Of a stretch of DNA of 64,000 nucleotides, positions 51,449 to 62,679 are shown in pieces; the first letter of the stretch is position 1, and each line of letters begins with the position of its first letter. Where the stretch lies: NCBI RefSeq assembly GCF_006345805.1, contig NC_043006.1:42532001-42596000 (forward strand). Direction: 5' to 3'. This stretch comes from Octopus sinensis. Its lineage: Eukaryota. A program made the translations under genes and the position numbers. The notes under the pieces were generated by a model that did no database searches, was not told the origin of the DNA, and saw only the letters and a list, made by a program, of their open reading frames with translations.

Positions 51449-51998
51449 CAACTGATTGGAAGTGTTATCAACTGATTGGAAGTGTTATTAACTGATTGGA
51501 AGTGTTATCATGTACATTGTTTTGTCTTGGTATAAAAGATGGGCTACAGCAAATATTCTGCTCAATACCACAGATTTGCTTGTCAGTTGTTTGACCTTAA
51601 CCAGTTGAGCATGTCCCTTAGTGGCTGACGATATGTGCATCTCTGATCACGAGCAGAAGTAGTGGGGGAGCATCATAGCCATGTGTTGAGAGGAATTCTT
51701 TGGGGTTTGGACAATTCACCTTTGGAAACATGGGTGTTTTGTTCAACATCCTTAAACAACCCTTATTCAGAGACCTTTTGAGCGGGATGGGCTACTCAAC
51801 CTGAAGAAAATTCTAACTGGGCCCCACCTGCAAGGTCATGCGCTGTTTATCTTGATATGAGATCACCATGTCGCGCACATATGGTTGTGATGCATGTGCC
51901 TGGTGTACCTTTATCAGACGGGTAGTCATGATGGGTATATTGGGCTTCGTATATTTTACCCCAGTGTCACTTTGATGGCATGCTCTGCTCTCTCACTC
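51448..51998 (+). mobile_element. ~550-bp non-coding retroposon in (TAA)n with a triplicated 20-bp end
   Basis: (TAA)n on both sides; TCAACTGATTGGAAGTGTTA x3 at 51448-51507; ends CACTC-AATAAT. Orientation is inferred. Confidence 0.7.
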
Positions 51999-52034
<36 letters not shown>

Positions 52035-52069
52035 TATTATTATTATTATTATGATGTTTGTACATCAAT

Positions 52070-52345
52070 CATCATCATCGTTGTTGTTTAACATCCTCTT
52101 TCCATGCTGGCATGGGTTAGACGGTTTGACTGAGGGCTGGCAAGCCAGAAGGCTGCACCAGACTCCAATCTGATCTGGCAATGCTTCTACAGCTGAATGC
52201 TCTTCCTAACACCATTCACTCCAAGAGTGTAGCAGATGCTTTATATGTGCCACCGGCACGAGTGCCAGTCAGGCGGTACTGGCATCGACCACGGTTGAAT
52301 GTTGCTTTTTATGTGCCACTGGCATAAGAGCCAGTCAGGCGGCAC
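52070..52345 (-). mobile_element. Family F SINE fragment
   Basis: (CAT)n-GTTTAACATCCTCTTTCCATGCTGGCATGGG... Confidence 0.8.
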
Positions 52346-52457
52346 TGGTAACGACCACCTGATAATGGAAAAGCAATGTTTCAATTCAATCTAAAAATGT
52401 TTCTATGCTCATTCATTTTGGCAATGAAGTTTTCCGGAAGGTGTTCAAAAAATTTTC

Positions 52458-52668
52458 ATAGGCACAGGTGTGTCTGTGTTGTAAGTAGCTTGCTTACCAA
52501 CCACATGGTTCTGGGTTCAGTCCCACTGCATGGCACCTTGGGCAAGTGTCTTCTACTCTAGCCTCGGGCTGACCAAAGCCTTGTGAGTGGATTTGGTAGG
52601 TGGAAACTGAAAGAAGCCCGTCGTATATATGTATGTGTGTGTGTGTATGTTTGTGTGTCTGTGTTTGT
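52458..52668 (+). mobile_element. SINE family A, 5' half
   Basis: Head through the internal microsatellite, then cut by a family C SINE. Confidence 0.85.
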
Positions 52669-52670
52669 TC

Positions 52671-52889
52671 CGGTCCGTCACAGGTGAGCTGCAAGATGCA
52701 GGAGAAAAGAGTGAGAGAAAGTTGCGGCGAAAGAGTCAGCAGAAGTTCGCCATTACCTTCTGCCAGAGCCACGTGGAGCTTAGGTGTTTCGCTCATAAAC
52801 GCACACATCGCCCAGTCTGAGATTCGAACCCACAACCCCTCGACCGCAAGTCCGCTGCTCTAACCACTAGGCCATGTGCCTCCACATCT
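52671..52889 (-). mobile_element. SINE family C, 3'-clipped
   Basis: Reverse complement of 6570-6780. Confidence 0.88.
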
Positions 52890-53562
52890 CATGAATATAC
52901 GCTGGTGAAACTGAGATGCATCTAATATGATCGCCACACACACACACACACATGTGTGAGTCGTCTAAAAGTCCATAATTCAGGAAAAGGGTGCACAGGT
53001 ATTTCTGTCAATAGAAATATTTCTGTCATACAAAGTGTACGGTATAATATATCTATCAAGGCTGATCTTATCAATCGGTTCCGCGTTAGGGATAGAACGG
53101 AATGTTAGGTAACACTGCGATTATATGATCAGAGTGTAGCGGGATAGATGCGATGCCATATCAGTTAGATATGATGTAGACCACTACTGAAAGTAGCGTG
53201 TAGATGTAACATTTGAAGGCTCTCATGATGGAGTACCAGTAAACATCGAAGAATCAACACCAAAAAGGAAGAAATATTATTTACAAATGTTTATTCGCTT
53301 GCCCGACAGGAAGTTATAGAGACTAGTAATTCTAGTGAAAGTGATAAGGATGGCTCGCTGGTTAGTAGTTGATAGTGTACAAGCTGTCTGTTAGTAGAAA
53401 GTGAAAGAGTAAGGAATGCATGGTGCTAACTAGAAAGGAAGAAAGGATAAAGGTGATATCGTCTTTCTTGCAGCCAAAAGCCTCTCTTCGCATGTCGAGC
53501 GAAGGGCGAAGGGAAGTGCTGCTCTTGGTTAAGGGTGACGCAAAAGCGGGTGTTGCTCCATA

Positions 53563-54010
53563 CTGACACAAAAGAGGAAGAGATATGAAATCCTCTCTGT
53601 TATATAGACTATGGTCAGTCATGTAGATCAAACACCTTAAGCAAAGGACTGACCTTTCATTGATCAGTACAGGTCCTGGGGACTCGGATGTTTCCTCATC
53701 AATTATCTGGTGGGGAGAGGATTTTCCGTTCGTTTTGACAAGCAACAAGCAGGTGGATTTGGTTTCAAATCTCAGACAGGGTCAAAACGAGTGGGAAATC
53801 CTCTCCACACCAGATGATTGATGAGGAAGAGTCCCTAGGACCTGTACTGGTCAAGGAAAGGTCAGTCCTTCGTTTAAGGTTTGACCTACATTACTCACCA
53901 TAGTCTATATAACAAAGAGGATTTCCTATCTCTTCCTCTTTTGTGTCAGCTAGACCAAGGGGCAAGCAGGTGGATTTGATTTCAAATCTTAGGCAGGGTC
54001 AAGCTAGACC
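53563..54010. repeat. Fold-back: ~175-bp inverted arms with the loop sequence repeated downstream
   Basis: 53563-53739 pairs with 53781-53949; 53745-53784 recurs directly at 53963-54002. Confidence 0.85.
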
Positions 54011-54809
54011 CTTACGGGAGTGTTGTACCCCTAGCGTGAAACCAATTGGTAGTATCAGCCGTGATGGATATATAATACTGCACACTTCAGATAATATACA
54101 ATAAAACACACACACACACCATCAACTACGGTAATAGTTGTAATAATCTATTTGTTTTGTACGTTTGTACGAATTCAAATTTTGATTGTTTACTTGTGTG
54201 TAGCCCTCATATGAAATATTGTAGCAAGTTAAACATAAAAACGTATTTTTTGGTATGAATCGAACTCTGGACGATTAAGTATGTAAACAAAGCGATGGTT
54301 CAATTCAACCAATTAAATTATAGCATAAAAGCGCCCCTCAGCTGATTAATCAATCAGTATGGCAATAAGGGAGTTAACTCTGATTAACAACTTAAAATTA
54401 TCTCCCTTGTCAATTGGCATGTACTTACAAACTGCTGGTCTTAAATTCGTTAAACATAGGTTAGAATCTTTCTTGGACGTAATGTCTTTAAAAACAAAAT
54501 AAAACGTGTTTTTGCATGTTAGCCTGTATATGTAAATATTTTAAGGATAGAAGATTAATAAATTAAACTACAGAAAATTATGAAATTCTTACTTCTATAG
54601 TCAATAAAGAAACACATTTTATTCAAAGTATTAGGTGTTAACTTTTCACCTTTTTAAGAATATAGACTTACCATTTTGTCAGTACTCCTGGTTAAATCCA
54701 AGGGCTCTCAAAGAAATTTTACTAGGTGGATCAAAATGCTTCAAGGCCCATAGCATGTGTCTACACAAGTGTAAGTGTGTGAGAGTGTGGGTGAGCATGT
54801 GTGAATGTC

Positions 54810-55345
54810 ACTTGTCATTCCTTCTGTTAACTTTCTAATCTTGGTTTTTCTCGCTTGAGAAAAATCAAATCAAATCTTCATGTGCTGGATTTTTCAGTGT
54901 ATTCAAGAGCCTTTTAGATCTGATGTAGTGATTTTCTTTTGTTTTTTCTGACAAAATGACCTTTCCTCATCATATAAGATATATATCTGATGTCTTCGTG
55001 GACAACATTTCTGACTGTCCCTTCTGACACAATATCTTTTGCAATTGATCTCATGGACTTTCTGGGATTGTAATCAATGGTCTGTTGAACTTACTGGATA
55101 AATTCGGGTGTTCTGATGATTTCAGGGCGTTTAGAATGCTCTTTATGCTTTGATATTGGTGATATGTTTCCATCTTCAATCTCTAGCTCCTTACAAACTT
55201 TGTAGACGAAAGATCTGGCAACTTTTAAAAATCGAGATATTTTTAAATCGCTATGCTCAGCCTTTATAACCACAATAACAGCATGCCTCTTCATTTTTTG
55301 AGTAAGATGAGGGTCTACCATTATTATTTTCTGAAACAAAGATTA
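54810..55345 (-). mobile_element. maT (DD37D)-like transposase N-terminal fragment
   Basis: MKRHAVIVVIKAEHSD...IRTPEFI, NPRKSMRSIAKD, VRNVVHEDIRY, FFSSEKNQD*KVNRRND. Confidence 0.75.
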
Positions 55346-55417
55346 TATAGAGTTAGCAAAAAATGCAGTAATGACTCAAAAAGGGTATGTCCTCAAACAC
55401 CTTATGCACCCTGGATC

Positions 55418-55690
55418 ATCATCATCATCATCGTTTAGCGTCCGTTTTCCATGCTAGCATGGGTTGGACGGTTCTACTGGGGTCTGTGAAGCCAGAAGGC
55501 TTCATCAGGCCCAGTCAAATCTGGCAGTGTTTCTACGGCTGGATGCCCTTCCTAACGCCAACCACTCCGTGAGTGTAGTGGGTGCTTTTTACGTGCCACC
55601 CGCACTGGTGCCAGGCAGAACTGGCAAACGGCCACGAACGGATGGTGCTTTTTATGTGCCACCGGCACGAGGGCCAGGCGAGGCTGGCAA
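55418..55690 (-). mobile_element. Family F SINE fragment
   Basis: (CAT)n tail plus GGATGCCCTTCCTAACGCCAACCACTCC. Confidence 0.8.
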
Positions 55691-55691
55691 C

Positions 55692-55731
<40 letters not shown>

Positions 55732-56187
55732 TGAGAGAGTCAGACAGACAGACATCTCAAAATTTAAGCGGGCTGTGAGTATTGTTCATTGAATTTAATG
55801 ATATGCTTACATAAATTTGCTTGCGCATCTCTGCAAGTAACTATCTTCATTTTAAAAGTTTTAATTTCATCTTGTAAACTTATATACACGCACACACACG
55901 CACACACATATATATAGACACAATGAGGATACATAAAGCTGTTATAGGAATATTTTATCCAAGATACACTGGTTTAGTATATTATATTTTTAAGAGATAT
56001 TTCTTCAATGAATATATTATTATATAAAATTTCATAAATATCAAACATTATTATCGAGTTAGGAAATAGAGATCTAATAGATACAAATTAATTTATTATA
56101 TGTTAAGTAATTAATAAGTTAATTTGTTTCCATTAGACCACTCTGTTTTCTGACTTTGTAATAATGTTTGATATTTATATATATATA

Positions 56188-56470
56188 TCATCATCACCAT
56201 CATCATGATTTAACATTTGTTGTCTATACTGGCCTATGCTGGCTTGGGTTGGACGTTTGACTGGGCTGGCATGCTAGAAGGCTGAACCAGGCTACAGTCT
56301 AATTTGGCATGGTTTTCTACGGCTGGGTGCATTTCCTAATGCCAACCACTCCGAGGGTGCTTTTACGTGCCACCAGCATGGGTGCCATTTGCATGACACC
56401 ACAGAACATTTATGTGTCATGGGCATGGGTGCCATTTTGTGTGACACTGTGATTTTGCTCAGCTTGATGG
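56188..56470 (-). mobile_element. Family F SINE fragment, degraded
   Basis: Same motifs as 55418-55690. Confidence 0.7.
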
Positions 56471-56739
56471 GTCTTCTTCTCAAGCTCAATATAATGGAAC
56501 AAAATCTGATTTGGGGATGCAAACCCAGATCCAAAATATTTTCACAAACAAGGTCAATTGTGCATCAATCAATTCAGATGAAATCAATAATATAAAAATT
56601 GTTTTAGATCAGTCCAAAAATGCCAAATATACTCTGGGAGTGTCAAATTATCATAGTAAAACCTTGAAGGACTGTGCTGTAGATGATAGCTGCTATACCA
56701 CATTAAACTCATTACACAGATGGTGTGATAATCCATGTC

Positions 56740-57112
56740 ATAGTGGTTAGAATATTCAGCTCATGGTTCTGGGTTCAGTCCCACTACCTGGCACCTTGGG
56801 CAAGTGTCTTCTACTATAGCATCGGGCAGACCAAAGCCTTGTGAGTAAATTCGGTAGACAGAAACTGAAAGAAGCCTGTTGTATATATGTATATGTATAT
56901 GCGTGTGTGTGTGTGTGTCTGTGTTTGTCCCCTCAATATCGCTTGGCAACAAATGGTGGTGTGTTTTCGTCCCCGTAACTTAGCGGTTCGGCAAAAGAGT
57001 CTGATAGAATAAATACTAGGCTTACAAAGAATAAGTCCTGGGGTCGATTTGGTCGACAAAAGGCGGTGCTCCAGCATGGCCGCAGTCAAATGACTGAAAC
57101 ATGTAAAAGAGT
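56740..57112 (+). mobile_element. SINE family A
   Basis: Colinear with 11959-12395; head degenerate. Confidence 0.88.
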
Positions 57113-57384
57113 ATCTGTCTACAAATATATTTCATTGTCCTCATTTAATGTTCACCTTTCCATGTTTGTAAGGGTCAGATGGCATTTATTTGATGCAGAT
57201 ATTCTACAGCCAGATGCCCTTCATGTCATAACCCCTCCTTGTCTTTTTCTAAGCAAGGTAATACATCTTCAAAGCCAGCCATGGTTTGTGCTGAATATCG
57301 AAAATGAAGGACACTGCTTGTATGACAGTGACCATCATTTACAACTGTCACATGATGTCCAGGCAAGGAGACACAAATAAAAAT

Positions 57385-57730
57385 GGTCAGGCACACATAT
57401 ATACACAACAGGCTTCTTTTCCGTTTCCAGTAATCAAATCCATTCACAAGGCTTATGTTAGTCTACAGCAGAAGACACTTGCCCAAGGTGTCAAGCAGTG
57501 GGACTGAACCCAGAACCGTGTGGTTGGGAAGTAAAATTCTCACCACGCAGCCACACCTATGTATCATCATCATTTAACGTCTGTTTTTCCATGCTGGCAT
57601 GAGTTGGATGGTTTGACAGGAGCTGGTAAAGCCAGGGGCTGTACCGTGTTCCATTGTTTGTTCTGGCATGCTGTCTATGACTGGATGCCCTTCCTAATGC
57701 CAACCACTACACAGTGTGTGCTGGGTGTCT
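57385..57730 (-). mobile_element. Family A 5' half (57385-57558) and family F fragment (57583-57730)
   Basis: GAAGACACTTGCCCAAGG...CACGCAGCCAC; GTTTTTCCATGCTGGCATG. Confidence 0.75.
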
Positions 57731-57848
57731 TTACACAAACACACACACACATACACATGCATAGATACACACATACATGCATAAATAAATGCACACATCC
57801 ACCCACATTACATGTGTGTGTGTTTTTGTGCTTGTATTTGTCTCTCAG

Positions 57849-58190
57849 TGAAGGCACATAGCTCAGTGGTTAGAGCATCGAGCTTACAACCGTGAAGTTG
57901 TGAGTTCGAATCTCGGACCGGGCTGCGTGTTGTGTTCTTGAGCAAGACACTTTATTTCACGTTGCTCCAGTTCACTCAGCTGTAGAAATGAGTTGTGACA
58001 TCACAGGTGCCAAGCTGTATCGACCTTTGTCTTTCCCTTGGATGACATCAGTGGTGTGGAGAGGGGAGGCTGGTATGCATGAGTGACTGCTGGTCTTCCA
58101 TAAACAACCTTGCCTGGACTTGTACCTCAGAGGGTAACTTTCTAGGTGCAATCCCATAGTCTCTCATGACCGAAGGGGGTCTCCACAGTT
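57849..58190 (+). mobile_element. tRNA-headed CORE-type SINE (family D)
   Basis: TAGCTCAGTGG A box, GAGTTCGAATC B box, CORE-like TTGAGCAAGACACTTTATTTCAC..CAGCTGTAGAAATGAG. Confidence 0.8.
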
Positions 58191-60664
58191 TGTCTCTCAC
58201 TCCTTGGTAACTAGCATAGAGTTGTTTACATCCCTATAACCTACTTGACAATGCACCAGCCTTAAAAGCAAGCACGAGGTTGCTTTGATAAACTAAAACC
58301 TTTCTGAAGTGGTCTCTCAGCCCCTGCACAGCAGTAGTTTCATGTTTGAAATAAATAAATGGCTAAAATAGTTTACCGTCTTTCCTTTTAGACATGCTTT
58401 ATGTGTAACCGTGTAACTTCTTTTCTATAAGGCATAGATGCACTGGACAGTTGCTTGGAGGCCTCTTGGATCTAGTGGACCATTTCTGATCTAAGTATAT
58501 TGTAGCTTGCTGTCAGTAAATAAATACTGCAGGACCCAAGGTTTTGATTTTCCCAAGGGGGCTTATAATACTGCTAAAAAAGCTTTGCTAATACATGAAT
58601 TTGAGGCACCATCAGCTAATAGTCTGACACCTATAAAGTTAGTTAGTTTGTTTGTTTGTGACATGCAATGAGGAAAAAATCTCAGGAAAAAAAAAATTAA
58701 ATGTACTCAAGAAGTTGAGACATTATTCTTTATAAAAGTAACAATTATGAGAAAATGTTGAAATCAGCGATTGATCCATCAGTTATAAGTTTTCATCTAA
58801 AAATATTGTGACAGTTTATCACATCACAGCTTTCTAAAACAATTCTCCTCCTACCATTTGATCACTGCCTGTCTAACTTGATTGATGTATTTAAATATTT
58901 CAATAAATACTTACTATTCAGAAACCGAGGTTTCAAGAATTAATCACATCAATCATCGATCTTTGATATGAGTTGAAGAGTTTTGTTTCTTCATAAACTC
59001 TAATGGCTGATTCTGCTGTCTGACAGAAGGCAGGTGTAGCTTACTTTAAACGTTATTGTTTAATCGTTTGTCAAAACACTATTGACTAAAGTGGTATCTC
59101 AATTTAACAACATTTGTATTTATTCTGTAGCTACATATTTTTAACATGAATCATTATTAATATTGAAATAACTTCTTGGTCTATTAACCCTATCATTTAT
59201 TTTTATTTTTATACAACATAATATTTCAAACAGTTTGATTCTCATTCATCATCAGGTGCCATAGATTTTGTTTTGCAGGAAAAGAAAAGGTTAGCAATCT
59301 CTGAAAAGTTATTTCAATATCCAATACTCTGTATCCTCTAGACTTCATCATATTAGTCATAACCCTATTAATATAAATTGAACAATGATTTCTGCTTCTT
59401 CATAACATTAATATTCCCCATCCTAGTTCTATACTTGGAGAGAAGCTGCAACACTCTGTAAAAGTTATTTATTAACACAAAATAATATATTGTTGATGAA
59501 ACAAAAAGAAACATAATCACAGGGAATATTCTCAGTAATTGCATAAACCACAAAGAGTTAAAATCATCTCATTGGAAAAATATATTCTTGGTTGTCTTTA
59601 GAACTCTTGAAGAAAAATCTAATCAATAATGAAATATTATTCAGCTTGAATAATATAATTCATGCCACACAGTATTTATTACTTATTCATTTTATATATT
59701 ATTCAACGACCAAGCATCAAAGACATTGACTAATATGAGCGAGGGTAGTGTATTGTTTGCACTGGTATAAAAATGTTAATCAAAATGGGTGAAAAAGTGC
59801 AGGAAGTTTGATGGTGAACAAGAGAAACTAAGAGAAGACACATGATGAAGCCAGAGATGAAATTATGTGGGATTAAGATAAATAATATTGCAGATATGAT
59901 TCAATCCATGCTAACGAGGGAAAAGTAACACTACAAAAAAAAAAGAGAGAGAGATGATTATGATTAACATTAAACATTTGCGGTATGGCTTCCCTGTAAT
60001 GGACAGACTATATATCTTAATGCTTAACTACATGAGAAAAAGAGAGAGAAAAGAAAAGACAAAGAAAACAACCTTTGCCAACCAAAGTTGATGTTGTTTG
60101 ATGAAAATGAAGACATCAATGATGATGACGATGGTAGTGGTGGCGATGGCGGCGGCAGTGGTGGTGATGACAACAGCATCAGCAGACATCAAATTTTACA
60201 TGCACAAATATGGCTGAGTTGTTAAGAAGCTTGTTTTTTTTTTTAAACTCATGTGGTTTCAAGTTCTGTCCTACTGCATGGCACCTTGGGCAAGTGTCTT
60301 CCTCTATAGGCCCTTGTCCGAGCAATGCCTTGCGCATGAATTTGGCAGTTGGAATCTGTAAGGAAGGCCATCATCCTCAGCATCATCATTGAATGTCTGT
60401 TGTCCATGCTGGCATAGGTTGGTCAGTGTGACCAGAGGTGGGAAGCTGCATCAGACTCCAGTCTGATTTGGCATGGTTTCTACAGCTGGATGTCCTTCCC
60501 AACACCAACCACAGAGTGTGCTGGGGGATCTTACATGGTACTACATGGGCACTTTCATGTGGCACTACACAAGTGCTTTTACATGTGTATAAATATATAT
60601 ATACATATACACACATATCTACATACATGCATATATATACATATATATATTATATATATATATG

Positions 60665-61182
60665 TACTCTATTACTTGTTTCAGTCATTTGACTGCGGCC
60701 ATGCTGGAGCACTGCCTTTAGTCGAGGAAATCGACCCCAGGACTCATTCTTTGTAAGCCTAGTACTTATTCTATCGGTCTCTTTTGCCAAACCGCTAAGT
60801 TATGGGGGACGTAAACACACCACCATTGGTTGTCAAGCGATGTTGGGGGGACAAACACAGCCACACGCACACATATATATGCTTGTCCAACCCATGCTAG
60901 CATGGAAAGCGGATGTTAAACAATAATGATAATGATGATGATGATTTGACTGAGGGCTGGTCAACCAGATGGCTGCACCAGGCTCCAATCTTGATCTCAC
61001 AGAGTTTCTACAGCTGGATGTCCTTCCTAACACCAACCACTCCTAGAGTGTAGTGGGTACTTTTATGTGCCACTGGCACGGGGGCCAGTCCAAGGTCATA
61101 GCAGAAGACACTTGCCCAAGGTGCCACGCAGTGGGAATGAACTTGGAACCATGGGGTTGCTTACCACACAGCCATTCCTGCG

Positions 61183-61185
<3 letters not shown>
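60665..61185 (-). mobile_element. SINE family A interrupted by family F pieces (60883-61090)
   Basis: 3' half 60665-60880, 5' part 61090-61185, with two oppositely oriented F fragments between. Confidence 0.8.
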
Positions 61186-61211
<26 letters not shown>

Positions 61212-61218
<7 letters not shown>

Positions 61219-62016
61219 ATAATTAGGGTTCAGCAAAGATTTGCTTTACCACATACCAAAGTTTAGAAATAGCAGCCAGAGAACCTTAGCTATTTCCTCT
61301 ACTTTAAAAAGAGATTCCCGGACAAAAACAAAGTACTCGAAAACTAACCATGCAGGCAGAGATGAAGAATAACGAAAATCAATCGATATTTGATTACCCA
61401 GTTCTCTGGCTGCTATTTCTGAACTTCGGTATGTAGTAAAGCAAATCTTTGCTGAACCCTAATTATTAAATATTACTTAAGTTTACCGAGAAATGGTCCC
61501 TTTTCATGCCGAATTCTACTTGGTGAAATTATTGATTACTAGTTAATCAATTAATTAATTAATTTTACCCTTTGTTATTATTGATAATATAATTTTCTCC
61601 CAGATAATAAACTATAGATTTTTCTGTAGTATTTTACTTGATGACACACGTAGATAGGCAGGGGAAGGTGATGAACCTCATTCGTATGTTTTTTAAATTC
61701 GGCGGTACTGGACGTTGAATGTAATCTGTCTGATTCTGTTAGTTGGGGAGGTGCATTTGATTCTTCCAGTGCTTCCGGATTTGATATTGTGAAGTCCCAT
61801 GCTGATGAGGAAAGTGTTCCAGGTAAAGTATAAATTCGACATCCTTTATACCGAGCTAATTCTGAAACGCGTACATGGGTAATCAAATATCGATTGATTT
61901 TCATTATTCTTCATCTCTACCTGCGTGGTTTGTTTTCAAGTACTTTGTTTTTGTCCGGGAATCTCTTTTTAAAGTAGAGGAAATAGCTAAGGTTCTCAGG
62001 CTGCTATTTCTAAACT
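61212..62016 (+). mobile_element. Non-coding hammerhead-containing PLE/retrozyme-like element with fold-back 5' end
   Basis: 61212-61284 pairs with 61401-61473; 61260-61400 pairs with 61876-62016; 25-bp direct repeat 591 nt apart; hammerhead at 61796-61879. Confidence 0.75.
61796..61879 (+). ncRNA. Type I hammerhead ribozyme
   Basis: CCCATG-CTGATGA-GGAA...TTCT-GAAA-CGCG-TA^CATGGG: perfect 6-bp helix I, palindromic ACGCGT helix III, GUA cleavage triplet. Confidence 0.8.
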
Positions 62017-62103
62017 CCTGAACACCACCAACAACAACAACAACAGGCAACAGCAACAACAAAAACCTTAGGAATGAGAAGCCAGGTTCGAAATTTCCCC
62101 AAG

Positions 62104-62147
62104 ACATCTGATGAAGGCTGGAGGGTATATCAGCTGAAACATTGTGT
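62104..62147 (+). ncRNA. Minimal type I hammerhead of a second PLE family, slightly decayed
   Basis: ACAT-CTGATGA-A-GGCTG(gagggtatat)CAGCT-GAAA-CA-TT^GTGT, within PLE-like sequence at ~62070-62230. Confidence 0.6.
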
Positions 62148-62356
62148 TAACAACAAATAAGATGAGGACAAATATCCGTCAAATGTAAATAATGTATATA
62201 ATTCCTCATCTCTTAAATACAGAACTGTATTAACTTGAACAATGTTTGAAGAATACACTTAGATGGCTTGCTAAAATAGCACATCAGATATGTTTCCTCA
62301 TTATTGTTTAGCTTTGGATTATCTCTGGTTAAGCTGTCTGAGCTATGATCAAATGT

Positions 62357-62678
62357 GAAGGCATGTGGCTTGCTGGTTAAGGTATTCAGCTTATGATTAT
62401 AAAGCCATGAGTTCAATTCCCGGCAGTCTGTTGTGTCCTTGAGCAGGTCACTTTATTTCATGTTGCTCCAGTCAACTCAGCTGGCAAAAATGAGTGGTAC
62501 TTGTATTCCGAAGGGCCAGATTTGTTACATTCTTTGTCATGCTGAATCTCCCTGAGAGCTACATTAAGGGTGCATGGTCTGTGGAGTGCTCAGCCACTTG
62601 CATGTTAATTTCAAAAGTGGGCTGTTCCATCGATCGGATCACTTGGAACCCAGATTGTTGGAACTGATGGAGTGCCAC
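62357..62678 (+). mobile_element. tRNA-headed CORE-type SINE (family E)
   Basis: GAGTTCAATTCC B box; CCTTGAGCAGGTCACTTTATTTCA..CAGCTGGCAAAAATGAG. Confidence 0.7.
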
Positions 62679-62679
62679 T

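Noticed and set aside
51448-51507. Three 20-bp direct repeats as a CRISPR-like array
   Set aside because: No spacers, eukaryotic context, and they belong to the end of a retroposon.
53362-53748. 128-aa minus-strand ORF
   Set aside because: Overlaps an inverted-repeat arm; no recognisable domain.
57849-57920. tRNA-like sequence (also 6574-6650 and the family A/B heads)
   Set aside because: A and B boxes are present, but there is no complete cloverleaf and the sequence continues into a SINE body.
61578-61904. 108-aa minus-strand ORF
   Set aside because: Antisense to the hammerhead strand, no motifs; likely incidental.
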